Shown: piece after piece, positions 1 to 9,205 of the stretch
Numbering within the stretch: the first letter of the stretch is position 1
How the letters are laid out: each line of letters starts with the position of its first letter
Source: Chlamydiia bacterium
GTDB lineage: Bacteria; Chlamydiota; Chlamydiia; Chlamydiales; Rhabdochlamydiaceae
DNA: 64,000 nt
Assembly (NCBI GenBank): GCA_963804085.1
Contig: CAWDOQ010000002.1
Location: forward strand, 32,001 to 96,000
Direction: 5' to 3'
Made by a program: the position numbers and the translations under genes
Notes under the pieces: model-generated
What the model was told of the DNA's origin: nothing
Database searches by the model: none
The model's input: the letters and a program-made list of their open reading frames with translations, nothing else

Positions 1-2
1 TG

Positions 3-626
3 ATTCTGACAGGCCCCAACATGGCAGGCAAGTCCACCTACTTGCGCCAAGTCGCGCTCATTGTAATCCTTGCGCAGATCGGCTCGTTTGTCCCCGCAAA
101 AAGCGCGCATATCGGCATCATCGACAAGGTCTTTAGCCGCATCGGCGCAAGCGATGATTTAGCCCGCGGACAATCCACCTTCATGGTCGAGATGACCGAG
201 ACTGCAAATATTTTGCACAATGCGACCAACCGCTCGCTCGTCATCTTAGATGAGATCGGACGCGGCACAAGCACATACGATGGAATCTCTATTGCGTGGG
301 CAGTTGCAGAATCGCTTTTGACAAGACAGGGAAAATCCCCAAAAACTCTTTTTGCCACACACTACTGGGAGCTGACCGGCCTTGAGCGCGAGATCCCGGG
401 AGCAGTTAACTACCATGTCGCGGTTGAAGAGGGCAAAGAGAGAATCACCTTCTTGCGCAAGATCGTCAAGGGGAGCACCGATAAAAGTTATGGAATCCAT
501 GTCGCACGCCTGGCAGGCATCCCTCCCTATGTGATCAGGCGTGCAGAAGAGATCCTCGTAAAACTGGAGAAGAGCCCCTCTCGCAAGCAGTTAAAGCTTG
601 ATGAGCAGCTCCCCCTATTCCAATGA
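3..626 (+). CDS. mutS: DNA mismatch repair protein MutS, C-terminal part (5' truncated by window edge)
   Basis: [16 protein letters not shown]alker A, STFMVEM, DEIGRGT, FATHY and SYGIHVA motifs. Confidence 0.97.
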   Translation: MLTGPNMAGKSTYLRQVALIVILAQIGSFVPAKSAHIGIIDKVFSRIGASDDLARGQSTFMVEMTETANILHNATNRSLVILDEIGRGTSTYDGISIAWAVAESLLTRQGKSPKTLFATHYWELTGLEREIPGAVNYHVAVEEGKERITFLRKIVKGSTDKSYGIHVARLAGIPPYVIRRAEEILVKLEKSPSRKQLKLDEQLPLFQ

Positions 627-2446
627 GATTTGATCCTAAAAAGCTAGAGCAATTTCCACTTGAGCCCGGTGTCTATCTCATGAAAAATGAGGAGGGCGAG
701 GTGCTTTATGTCGGAAAAGCTAAAGAGCTCAAGAAACGTTTGAAGAGCTATTTTGCTCCCGGGCGCGATGAGAGGCCGATGGTCCCTCACCTAGTCGCAC
801 AGGTCGCCCTCATCGACACGATCCTCGTCTCCACAGAAAAAGAGGCGCTTCTTTTAGAGAACACCCTGATTAAAAAGCATCAGCCCAAGTTCAACGCTGT
901 TTTAAAAGATGACAAGACATTCATCAGTCTGATGATCAACCACAAACACAAGTGGCCGAGGCTGTCGCTCGTGCGCAACAAAGGAAAACCCAAAGAGGAG
1001 GGGCTCTACTTTGGCCCCTACACGAGCGCGCTTGCAGCAAGAGAGACTTATGAGATGCTCACCCGCCTCTTCCCTATGCGTCAATGCTCCGATGAGGAGC
1101 TTAAAAGACGCAAGCGCCCCTGCTTGCTCTATGGGATCAAGCGTTGCATCGCACCTTGCGTCGGCCTATGCACCAAAGAGGAGTATGACCATTTTGTTCA
1201 AGGAGCCATACACTTTTTGAAGGGCGAAAATAAAACTGTCCTGAAAGAGCTTCACAAAGAGATGGAAAAAGCGTCGGAGGCTCAAGAATTTGAAAAGGCA
1301 GCCGCCTTTTTGCAGACGATCCGGCAAATCGAACATGTGCTTGAAAAGGGACAGATCGTAGCCAAAAATTACGGAAAAGATTGCGATGTGCTCGCGCTCT
1401 ACCGTCACGGAGAGGAGGTGATCTTGATGCAACTTCTCTGTCGCGAAGGCAAACTGGTCGGCTCCGAGCACTACACCTTCTACGATGTCGTTCAAGAGGA
1501 TGAGGCGCTCTTCTCCTCTTTTCTTTTGCAGCACTACAAAGAGCACTCCCATCCCCCTTCCGAGATCCTCCTCCCCCTGGCTCTTCCCCAGCAAAAAGAG
1601 ATCGAAGAGATCCTCTTTGAGGCGCAAAAAAAGAAGATCCACCTTCTCGTACCGCAGAAAGGAGAGAAAGAGAAGCTGGTCTCTCTTGCTGAAAAAAATG
1701 CAAAAGCCACCTTCCAGCAAGAGAAAAACGCGCAAGAGTTACGCGAGAAGATGCTTCTTGATTTAGCGGAGACATGCAAGCTCAACCGCTATCCCAAACG
1801 GATCGAATGTTTTGACACCTCTAACATAGCGGGCAGCGACCAGGTCGCTTGCCTAGTCGCCTTTACCGATGGACAAAAAGACTCTGCGCGAACCCGCCTC
1901 TTCCGCATCCGCGATATCAAAAAGGGGGATGACTACGGCGCCTTGCACCAGGTTCTTTCGCGCAGACTCATACGCGCAAAAGAGGAAGATGACCTTCCCG
2001 ATCTAATCATTGTTGACGGTGGGAAAGGCCAGTTGCACGTTGCGCAAGATGTCTTCAAAGAACTGGATATCGCAAATGTCGATCTGATCGCGATCGCAAA
2101 AGAAGCAGGGCGTCATGACAAAGGGATGACGCAAGAAAGACTCTTTCTTCCCGAAAGAAAAGAGCCGCTTATCTTGAGCATCAGGTCTCCTCTGCTATTT
2201 CTTCTTCAGATGATCCGCGATGAGGCGCACAGAAAAGCAATCGGCTTTCATAAGACGCGCAGAACCAAGCGCTACCTCACCTCCGCACTCGACGAGATCC
2301 CCGGCATCGGCAAGACAAAAAAGATGCGCCTCCTAAAGCATTTTGGCAGCCTTGAGCGCATCAAGCAAGCGACCCCCGCCGACCTCGCTAAAGTTTCTGG
2401 TCTGACAAAAAAAGACATTGCTGCTTTGGAGAAATTCTTCAAGTGA
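623..2446 (+). CDS. uvrC: Excinuclease ABC subunit C
   Basis: GIY-YIG N-terminus (PGVYLM..YVGKA), [16 protein letters not shown]-terminal HhH (IPGIG); ATGA overlap with mutS. Confidence 0.97.
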   Translation: MRFDPKKLEQFPLEPGVYLMKNEEGEVLYVGKAKELKKRLKSYFAPGRDERPMVPHLVAQVALIDTILVSTEKEALLLENTLIKKHQPKFNAVLKDDKTFISLMINHKHKWPRLSLVRNKGKPKEEGLYFGPYTSALAARETYEMLTRLFPMRQCSDEELKRRKRPCLLYGIKRCIAPCVGLCTKEEYDHFVQGAIHFLKGENKTVLKELHKEMEKASEAQEFEKAAAFLQTIRQIEHVLEKGQIVAKNYGKDCDVLALYRHGEEVILMQLLCREGKLVGSEHYTFYDVVQEDEALFSSFLLQHYKEHSHPPSEILLPLALPQQKEIEEILFEAQKKKIHLLVPQKGEKEKLVSLAEKNAKATFQQEKNAQELREKMLLDLAETCKLNRYPKRIECFDTSNIAGSDQVACLVAFTDGQKDSARTRLFRIRDIKKGDDYGALHQVLSRRLIRAKEEDDLPDLIIVDGGKGQLHVAQDVFKELDIANVDLIAIAKEAGRHDKGMTQERLFLPERKEPLILSIRSPLLFLLQMIRDEAHRKAIGFHKTRRTKRYLTSALDEIPGIGKTKKMRLLKHFGSLERIKQATPADLAKVSGLTKKDIAALEKFFK

Positions 2447-2580
2447 GGAGCACCGAGACTAGTCTCGGTGGAGAAAAGCGGCGACGAGTCGCCGCACTCC
2501 AAACAAGAAGGATAAGCGCTCTTAATGTGGAGTGCGCTGACTTGTCAGCGCTTTCATAGACAGCGACTTGTCGCTGCTCT
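2447..2580. repeat. REP/REPIN-like cluster of four hairpins arranged as an inverted doublet
   Basis: GGAG+CACCGAGACTAGTCTCGGTG (2451-2470), GCGGCGAC-GA-GTCGCCGC+ACTCCA, TGGAGT+GCGCTGAC-TT-GTCAGCGC, CAGCGAC-TT-GTCGCTG. Confidence 0.8.
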
Positions 2581-2585
2581 TCTGA

Positions 2586-3518
2586 TTATGCGGGGAATGT
2601 GTTGGCGACGCCAAAAGAGGGATGTGTTTTATCATAGGAGTCAAGAACGTAGAAAGACGCACGGTTAGAGCTTCCACACACCACTTGCCAAGCCCCATAC
2701 TTCTCATGGTATCCACAATCAGATGTACGTGTATAAGTGGGCTCACGCAAAAGAAGAGTTTTAAAACGCACATAGTGGGCAATAGCGCTCACAGTGATCC
2801 AGAGCGCCTTTCCTAGCTTGTACCTCTGTCCTGCTTCGGCTTGTGTTGCACCTTTACTTCCTGGCTCTACATCTTTTTGCATCCATACCCAGAGCGATTT
2901 TTTCTGCGCCTCTTGTCCATATTTTTTTAAAACTGGATCGGTAACATAAGGATGCGTGCCTCCCTTGTCTACAAGAGGAAGAAAGCTGTTAAAACAAAGC
3001 GGCTGGCCGTCTACGGTAGCAGGAATCAGCGTGAGAGTGTAGGTCTCTTTAAGCTCGGCAATAGTGCGATGGATGCTGGCAGGTAGTCGTGGCGCTACTC
3101 CTGGATCTACTTTAAAATACTCCTTCCACTCTTTGACTCCGAATGCAAAAGGAGGCTGAGGATTGGAAAAAGCTTCTTTGTTTCTGTATACTTCAAGAGG
3201 ATCTACCTTCTCTTGCTGACACTGCACTTTCCAGACCTTGTTGGGAATCTTCCACGCTTTACAGACGGTTTCACATCTACCGAGATCTTCAGGCAACAGA
3301 TATTTCATGCAATTGTAGAAGGCGTCGGGACAGCGCTGCGAAATATCATCTTGATTTTGTAAAGGTAGACTTTGCTTCCAACCAAAAAGCTCGCTGATCC
3401 AAGCGCAAACCACTTTCCAGATAGCGGCAACGCGCTCCAGAAGTTCTGCATAGCAGGGCTTGTCTTCAGGCATTGCTACAGCGGCTTTTGTAGAATGTAT
3501 GCCGATTGCTTGTGTCAT
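2586..3518 (-). CDS. F-box-like putative effector, paralog A
   Basis: F-box-like CPDAFYNCMKYLLPEDLGRCETVCKAWK; shares AFG..EW, TLTLIP.TV.G, LGKA.WITVS and TRT..GVA with three other ORFs in the window. Confidence 0.75.
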   Translation of the reverse strand: MTQAIGIHSTKAAVAMPEDKPCYAELLERVAAIWKVVCAWISELFGWKQSLPLQNQDDISQRCPDAFYNCMKYLLPEDLGRCETVCKAWKIPNKVWKVQCQQEKVDPLEVYRNKEAFSNPQPPFAFGVKEWKEYFKVDPGVAPRLPASIHRTIAELKETYTLTLIPATVDGQPLCFNSFLPLVDKGGTHPYVTDPVLKKYGQEAQKKSLWVWMQKDVEPGSKGATQAEAGQRYKLGKALWITVSAIAHYVRFKTLLLREPTYTRTSDCGYHEKYGAWQVVCGSSNRASFYVLDSYDKTHPSFGVANTFPA

Positions 3519-4492
3519 AGAGCCTCCACTTCTGCAGGAAATGTGTTTGCCACGCCGGTAGAATCTTGATCATATTCGCTAGAGGAGGCTATGACACCAA
3601 AGCTATCTGAAAACCGACCGCCAACACTCGCAGACCAAACAAAAGATGGATCGTCCCCACTAGCTGGATCTTCCCCACTGTCACGTGTTCGTGTGTAGTC
3701 ACTGCCGGTTCGAAAGAGAGTGATCTTATAGCGAGCATAGTGAGCTGCTACGCTGACAGTGATCCAGAGCGCTTTCCCAAGCTTTTTTGGGTATGCTCGC
3801 TCTACTTGAGCTTGCGTCATGCTGCGACTTTCCGGTTCTATCTCCTTTTGCATCCAGACCCATAAGGACTTACCTACAACCTCGTTTCCATATTTTCCTT
3901 CAACATCTGGCCACATGCTAACAGTTTGACCGATCTTCTTGGCAAGCGGTGCAAAGGTGTTAAAGCAAAGCGGCTGGCCGTCTACGGTAGCAGGAATCAG
4001 AGTGAGAGTGTAGGTCTCTTTTAATTGGGCAATAGTGCGATGGATGCTGGCAGGTAGTCGTGGCGCTGCTCCTGGATCTACTTTAAAATACTCCTTCCAC
4101 TCTTGGACTCCGAATGCAAAAGGAGGAGCAGGATTGGCAAAAGCCTTTTTGTGGCTACCATCTTCGAGCGGATAATCTACCTGTTCTTGTTCGCATTGCA
4201 CTTTCCAGACCTTGTCGGGAATCTTCCACGCTTTACAGACGGTTTCGCATCTACCCACCTCTGTAGCTGACAGATATTTCATGCAATTGTAGAAGGCGTC
4301 GGGACAGCGCTGCGAAATATCATCTTGATTTTGTAAAGGTAGACTTTGTTGCCATCCAAAAAGCTCGCTGATCCAGGCGCAAACCACTTTCCAGATAGCA
4401 GCAATGCGCTCCGCAAGCTCTGCGTAACAGGGCTTTTCCTCAACTATTGTTGAGACGGCTTTTGTAGGATTTATACTTATTTCTTGTGACAT
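3515..4492 (-). CDS. F-box-like putative effector, paralog B (tandem duplicate of A)
   Basis: Near-identical N-terminal half to paralog A; start at MSQEI chosen by alignment; stop overlaps the start of A (ATGA). Confidence 0.75.
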   Translation of the reverse strand: MSQEISINPTKAVSTIVEEKPCYAELAERIAAIWKVVCAWISELFGWQQSLPLQNQDDISQRCPDAFYNCMKYLSATEVGRCETVCKAWKIPDKVWKVQCEQEQVDYPLEDGSHKKAFANPAPPFAFGVQEWKEYFKVDPGAAPRLPASIHRTIAQLKETYTLTLIPATVDGQPLCFNTFAPLAKKIGQTVSMWPDVEGKYGNEVVGKSLWVWMQKEIEPESRSMTQAQVERAYPKKLGKALWITVSVAAHYARYKITLFRTGSDYTRTRDSGEDPASGDDPSFVWSASVGGRFSDSFGVIASSSEYDQDSTGVANTFPAEVEAL

Positions 4493-4557
4493 ATGCGAAG
4501 ATAATATCACATAAATGAGAAAAACGAAACTGCAATACTATAATACTAAATAATTTA

Positions 4558-5070
4558 TTAGCAATCTTTCGTGATGGTGAGAAGGAAGGAGTGACGGTAG
4601 CCGAGCTTATGGGAGAGAAAGGCGCCGAGTTCTTTTTCTATGCGCGTGAGCGTCTGCTTCTGCTCAGAGACTGAGAGCTCTGGCAGCTTTGCTACGATTT
4701 CGATCTTCTGGTTGCCGTAGACGATCACCTCTTTTACTTCGCTTTCGGGCGAAAAGAAGCTCTCTTTCCAGAACTTTTCGATGTAGGTATGTAAAAGGGC
4801 AAGATCCATCTGCGCATCCCCTCCTTTCATGCGCACCTGGTAGTATCTACCTCGGTGCATCACAAAAAAACCGACGAAAAGCAGTAGCCCTAAAAAGATC
4901 AGCCCGTAGCCCGCAAGCGAAAAAAAGGCGGAGGATTTGGATAAAACGCTCATGAGAAGAAGCGGGAAGTGGGGCACATGGACAATACCGAGAAAAAAGA
5001 GTCCGGCGCTTACAATCGCAGCTACCACGAAAAGTTGAACAGCTGAAAAGAGTAGATTGCCTGAGCGCAT
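4558..5070 (-). CDS. Membrane protein, probable AmaP-like anchor partner of Asp23
   Basis: Two N-terminal hydrophobic helices; directly downstream of the Asp23-family gene. Confidence 0.6.
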   Translation of the reverse strand: MRSGNLLFSAVQLFVVAAIVSAGLFFLGIVHVPHFPLLLMSVLSKSSAFFSLAGYGLIFLGLLLFVGFFVMHRGRYYQVRMKGGDAQMDLALLHTYIEKFWKESFFSPESEVKEVIVYGNQKIEIVAKLPELSVSEQKQTLTRIEKELGAFLSHKLGYRHSFLLTITKDC

Positions 5071-5079
5071 TTGCGGTCT

Positions 5080-5529
5080 CTAAAAGTCTGCGTTATATTT
5101 AGGGGCGGAGGTGCTGTTTTTATCTTGAGGAGTACTTTTGTGCGTTTCCATCGAGATCAGATTCTTGAAAATTACATGGACGCAGCCCACATGTAAGGCT
5201 GTCAGCTTGCTGATATCCTGCGCAATTTTGGTCTGGACCTCCTCTGCTTTTTCGGGAAGGGAGACGCCATAAGCGACATTGATCTCTACCTTGATATTCA
5301 CCGAGTGGCTCTTCTGATCCTGTTCGACATTGATGCCGGAAAGCCTATTTTCCACATCTCTACCGAGCAAGTTATCGAACAGATTGCCCTCTATGAGTGC
5401 CACACCCTGAATCCGCGAAAGGCACTGCAAAACGATCGATTGAAAAACACGGCTTTCAATGTCGCGAATAAAAACGGTCTCCGGCAGCTCCAGCTCTTTC
5501 GTATCGATCTGTTTAAGTTTGTTGTGCAT
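5080..5529 (-). CDS. Asp23/Gls24 family envelope stress protein
   Basis: GINVE..VNIKVEINVAYGVSLPEKAEEVQ..I..LT.L.V..V.V pattern; SD GAGGT upstream. Confidence 0.85.
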   Translation of the reverse strand: MHNKLKQIDTKELELPETVFIRDIESRVFQSIVLQCLSRIQGVALIEGNLFDNLLGRDVENRLSGINVEQDQKSHSVNIKVEINVAYGVSLPEKAEEVQTKIAQDISKLTALHVGCVHVIFKNLISMETHKSTPQDKNSTSAPKYNADF

Positions 5530-5586
5530 AAGACACCTCTACTTTATGCCGATATTAATCAATGCCGGCTTTTTCCAACACTCTTT

Positions 5587-5705
5587 ACGTGCCCGTGTGC
5601 GTGCCCGTGCCCGTGCCCGATCTTTCTTTTCTCTTCAATAATCCGGATCAGGCACGGGCACGGGCACGGGCACGGGCACGGGCACAGGCAGAGGCACAGG
5701 CAGGT
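5587..5705. repeat. Hexamer-period inverted repeat element (GTGCCC)n..ATCCGGAT..(GGGCAC)n
   Basis: Tandem GTGCCC arm, pyrimidine-rich spacer with ATCCGGAT, tandem GGGCAC arm. Confidence 0.9.
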
Positions 5706-5748
5706 TAAAGACTTATGCAACAATTTCGTTTTACGCTACAATCAGCCC

Positions 5749-6141
5749 ATGCAAGTATTCATCACCCTAATCTTCTGGGTCCTGCTCGGAAGCATCACAG
5801 CTTATTATGCCAAAGAGCGTGGCCGTCACCAGTGGGGCTGGTTTTGCATCGGTCTTTTTCTTGGTATCTTTGGCATTATCTTGCTCTTTGTCCTGCCAAG
5901 AAAAAAACTACAGACGCCGCCGGTATATCCGGAAATGGAGGAGATCCCCGCGCCCCCACCTAAAGTGCTGGGTTCTACAAAATTCTGGTACTATTTGGAT
6001 GGAGAAAACAAGCAGCTGGGCCCGATGAGCTACAACGCGCTTGTATCCGCTTCACAAGAAGGCAAAGTCACGCCGACTACCTACGTCTGGAATGAAGATC
6101 TAGAAAATTGGAAACGCTTTGGAGAACTGGTTACCAGCTAG
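5749..6141 (+). CDS. Membrane protein with C-terminal GYF_2 (DUF4339) domain
   Basis: Two TM segments, then WYYLD..QLGP....L....G.VT..TYVW..DL.NW; the longer ORF call reads through the repeat. Confidence 0.85.
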   Translation: MQVFITLIFWVLLGSITAYYAKERGRHQWGWFCIGLFLGIFGIILLFVLPRKKLQTPPVYPEMEEIPAPPPKVLGSTKFWYYLDGENKQLGPMSYNALVSASQEGKVTPTTYVWNEDLENWKRFGELVTS

Positions 6142-6436
6142 CCTTGACGATTCCGGGAATGAGGCCGGCATTGGCCATCTCGCGGAAGCAGAGACGCGAA
6201 AGTTTGAACTTTCTTAAGTATCCTCTTGCTCGTCCTGTGAGTTGGCAACGGTTGCGCAGGCGTACAGGCGAAGAGTTTTTCGGCATCTTGTTAAGCGCGA
6301 TCTGCGCTTCTAGACGCTCTTCTTCACTCTTGTTTTGATCGAGAATGACCTTTTTGAGTTGTTGACGCTTGTCCCACTTAAGACGGACAAGACGTTCACG
6401 ACGCTTCTGCTTTGCAATAGAGGATTTTGTTGCCAT
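6131..6436 (-). CDS. rpsN: 30S ribosomal protein S14
   Basis: 101-aa type with [36 protein letters not shown]. Confidence 0.98.
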   Translation of the reverse strand: MATKSSIAKQKRRERLVRLKWDKRQQLKKVILDQNKSEEERLEAQIALNKMPKNSSPVRLRNRCQLTGRARGYLRKFKLSRLCFREMANAGLIPGIVKASW

Positions 6437-6444
6437 AGTGTTCT

Positions 6445-6582
6445 TTATTTTTTACGTGCAGGACCCTTCTGCCTTTGCTTACGGTTCGGGTCTGTCTTGT
6501 TGATAACGTAGATACGTCCACGTCTGCGGACGATCTTGTCGCCTTTTGAAGGATCTGCTTTGATGGATGCTCGTACTTTCAT
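6445..6582 (-). CDS. rpmJ: 50S ribosomal protein L36 (zinc-free chlamydial type)
   Basis: Hand translation [45 protein letters not shown]; below the ORF-track length cutoff. Confidence 0.96.
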   Translation of the reverse strand: MKVRASIKADPSKGDKIVRRRGRIYVINKTDPNRKQRQKGPARKK

Positions 6583-6639
6583 AATGAAGACATTTATAAC
6601 TTTTTTGCTGATTTCTTGCAAAGCCCTAAAATTTTCGCC

Positions 6640-8238
6640 CTAAAATTTTTGATAGAGCCAGCTAAACAAATTGCAGAGGCTCTCCCAGAAAAAGCAGCAC
6701 CAGCCAGATACCCGTTCCCAAAAGGTGCGAGTTACCACGATGTCGGGCCGGTTGTGGGCCCGAGCCAGATTTAAAAAGCGCTCAGGCACCTCTTGTACTT
6801 GGGTCCCGTTTACATCCAAATCGGTCAAACGGGTTAAATTATTTATTTCATCGGGCAGGTAGCTGATCTTGGTAAAAGCGACATCCAGACGCTCCAATGC
6901 GGCAAGAGGCCCGATCACCTCTCCAGGAAGATAAGCTACAGGATTGCTGCGGCAGCTAAAGAGCTTCAGTGCAGTGAGCTGTCCTATCTCTAGAGGAAGC
7001 TCTGTAAGACGGTTAGAGTCCAGGTTCAAGGAGGTGAGCATTTTTAGGTTGCCCACGCTGGAAGGAAGGACTTCTAAACCGCCATAGGTCATACGGAAAT
7101 CAGTCAATTGCGTCCAATTTCCTATCCAGGAGGGCATCTGCTTAATGTGACAGCTTAACGTCCGTAAAGCGCTCACTTGTTTCCAATCGCTGAGTGTCTC
7201 CGGCAAGGTTTGTACGTTGGTATTGTAGAGGGATAGGCTGGATAACTTTAAACGGCCAAAGCTTGGTGGCAGCGCTCTTAAAGGATTCGCAGAAAAGGAA
7301 AAATCAGTGAGCCTGGTCAAATTGCCGATATCGAGGGGAAGCTCCGTGAGCAGGTTTTCATAAAGATGCAAATTGTGGAGGTTTTGAAGTTGGCAGATCT
7401 CATCCGGAATCTTTTTGAGCCGATTCTTGCCTAGATTAAGCTGGCGGAGCTCCTTGAGTTTGCCGATTTCGGGGGTGAGATGCTCCAGCTCGCTATCCTC
7501 CAAATTTAACTGCTCTAAATTTATTAGATATCCAATAGTAGAAGGGAGAACCTTTATAGAGGCATGTGCGAAATGCAAATTTTGCACTCCTTTAAAATGC
7601 TGGATCTCCAGAGGCAGAAAATTGAATTCTGCTGAACCGAAGCAGGACGTAATACAAGTAACCGCATTAAAAATAGGCAGATTGACATCATCGCCGAGAA
7701 GCTTGCGCACATGCCCGGCTCGGTTGATCATTTCCAGCCGCTCTTGCTCATTTTTAGGGGCATTATCTAACGGATGAAAAAAATCTTTGCGAAGGGGGAT
7801 GCGCGGAGGTCCCCATCCGTCTATCTCCTCTGCATGGCAACGCGTCTCTTTAAAAAACTTGAGCAGAGTTCTTGCTTCTACCCACTGGGCCTGCTCGACC
7901 AGAGTCTTTGGTTCGAGTGTGCCCCTGACGAGAAGCGGGTCTTTCACTCTCCGATATTCGCGCATCTCCATAATGCGATCTTTGCCATGCAGGTGCTCTC
8001 TAAAGCTCTTATAAATAGAGCGGACTCGCTGCGCTTCTTGATCCTTTTCCGGAAAGTCTAAAACCGCCTTCTCGACATAGGGCGCTAAAACCGGGAATCC
8101 CCTGTAGGTCTCAAAAAGCATTTTAAAGGATGCCTTTGCAGCATCCGCCCACAACCTAGTCACGCAAGCCAGCCGCGGCGCAGCTGTGGAGTAGCTCCCC
8201 ATAATCTTTAAAACATTGCTGTTTAACTCAACACTCAT
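6640..8238 (-). CDS. Leucine-rich repeat protein with degenerate N-terminal F-box-like motif, putative effector
   Basis: About 12 LRRs of 23 aa (LP.EIG.L..L..L.L..N.L..); N-terminal LNSNVLKIMGSY...LACVTRLW. Confidence 0.85.
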   Translation of the reverse strand: MSVELNSNVLKIMGSYSTAAPRLACVTRLWADAAKASFKMLFETYRGFPVLAPYVEKAVLDFPEKDQEAQRVRSIYKSFREHLHGKDRIMEMREYRRVKDPLLVRGTLEPKTLVEQAQWVEARTLLKFFKETRCHAEEIDGWGPPRIPLRKDFFHPLDNAPKNEQERLEMINRAGHVRKLLGDDVNLPIFNAVTCITSCFGSAEFNFLPLEIQHFKGVQNLHFAHASIKVLPSTIGYLINLEQLNLEDSELEHLTPEIGKLKELRQLNLGKNRLKKIPDEICQLQNLHNLHLYENLLTELPLDIGNLTRLTDFSFSANPLRALPPSFGRLKLSSLSLYNTNVQTLPETLSDWKQVSALRTLSCHIKQMPSWIGNWTQLTDFRMTYGGLEVLPSSVGNLKMLTSLNLDSNRLTELPLEIGQLTALKLFSCRSNPVAYLPGEVIGPLAALERLDVAFTKISYLPDEINNLTRLTDLDVNGTQVQEVPERFLNLARAHNRPDIVVTRTFWERVSGWCCFFWESLCNLFSWLYQKF

Positions 8239-8338
8239 CTCAAGTTCTCAATGGCTAAATTAAAAAAGTGTCAGTATTTTACTAAATTCATAGATACAAC
8301 TCAAACAATTGATTGTTTTACGCTCTTCTGCAATGCGG

Positions 8339-8563
8339 CTCCGTACTGGACAAAAAATTAATACAGAAGAATTTCTAAACGATGACAGAATGGTAAGCGG
8401 CAGGATAACAGAATAAGAAAGAAAAAGAGTTTCAACAGGATGGGCAGGATAGACAGGATAAAAGAGAGCATAATTTAAATTAAAACAGGATTTTTTCTTC
8501 ATCCTGCTTATCCTGCCCATCCTGTTGTAACTCTTTGTCTTCCAACTTTTGTCCAGTACAGAG
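8339..8563. mobile_element. 225-bp MITE with 17-bp terminal inverted repeats and 9-bp target-site duplication
   Basis: TIR CTCCGTACTGGACAAAA (8339-8355) / TTTTGTCCAGTACAGAG (8547-8563), one mismatch; GCAATGCGG directly repeated at 8330-8338 and 8564-8572. Confidence 0.88.
8424..8536. repeat. Nonamer-period hairpin (CAGGATnnn)3..(ATCCTGnnn)3 inside the MITE
   Basis: AAAGAGTTTCAACAGGATGGGCAGGATAGACAGGAT pairs with ATCCTGCTTATCCTGCCCATCCTGTTGTAACTCTTT. Confidence 0.88.
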
Positions 8564-8720
8564 GCAATGCGGTGCAAAATGAAGAAATTATTTTACCACC
8601 CGCTTCGCAAGCTCGCTAGAGAGCACAGAGAAGAGAATGCTTTAATTCTCCTTGCGGGTTTAAGGACGTTTGGGATACTCTCGCTGTTACTTAAATTATT
8701 CTTTTTTAGGACGAGTGATC

Positions 8721-8855
8721 ATGAAAAGAACCTACCAACCAAGCAAAATAAAGCGCCAGAAGACATGGGGATTTCGCAAAAGAATGAAGACCTCTCACGG
8801 ACGCAAGATCGTAAACCGCAGACGCAGACAAGGCCGCAAACGCCTCTCAGTCTAG
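8721..8855 (+). CDS. rpmH: 50S ribosomal protein L34
   Basis: [10 protein letters not shown]....GFR.RM.T..GR.I..RRR..GRK.L; SD AGGA upstream. Confidence 0.98.
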   Translation: MKRTYQPSKIKRQKTWGFRKRMKTSHGRKIVNRRRRQGRKRLSV

Positions 8856-9205
8856 TCCGTCTAACATTTCCGAAAGCTGCGCGCATCCGCACAAAGCGCC
8901 ACTATTCCGGCGTAATTAGAGCTGGAAAGCGGCTTGCAGGCGGATCGATCCTGATCGATTACCGTTTAGGCCATGCCACGCGTCCCAAGCTCGGCATCAC
9001 AGTGTCTCGCAAATATGGAAAAGCTCACGAAAGAAACCGCTTTAAGCGTCTGGTCCGCGAAGCCTTTCGCACCTATGCGCTAAAACTACCGCGCGATCTT
9101 GAGATCAATGTTCTACCGCGCACCTCTTACGCTATCTCTAAAATCAGCAAAAATGGGGTCCTAGAGGATCTCACTCTTCTAGCTAATAAGTGTGGCAAAC
9201 AATAA
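8765..9205 (+). CDS. rnpA: Ribonuclease P protein component (start uncertain)
   Basis: [38 protein letters not shown]; nearest in-frame ATG is 8765 inside rpmH, conserved part begins at about 8855. Confidence 0.9.
   Translation: MGISQKNEDLSRTQDRKPQTQTRPQTPLSLVRLTFPKAARIRTKRHYSGVIRAGKRLAGGSILIDYRLGHATRPKLGITVSRKYGKAHERNRFKRLVREAFRTYALKLPRDLEINVLPRTSYAISKISKNGVLEDLTLLANKCGKQ

Noticed and set aside
2586-4492. DGR template/variable repeat pair between paralogs A and B
   Set aside because: Differences are not adenine-restricted, include indels, and no reverse transcriptase is present.
5305-5748. GHGHGH His-rich N-terminal extension of the GYF_2 ORF, and similar GTGTG/ARARAR peptides in ORFs at 32336 and 52367
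   Set aside because: These are translations of the hexamer repeat elements; true starts lie downstream.
8260-8577. 105-aa minus-strand ORF over the MITE
   Set aside because: No recognisable domain or transposase motif; it reads through the repeat units.
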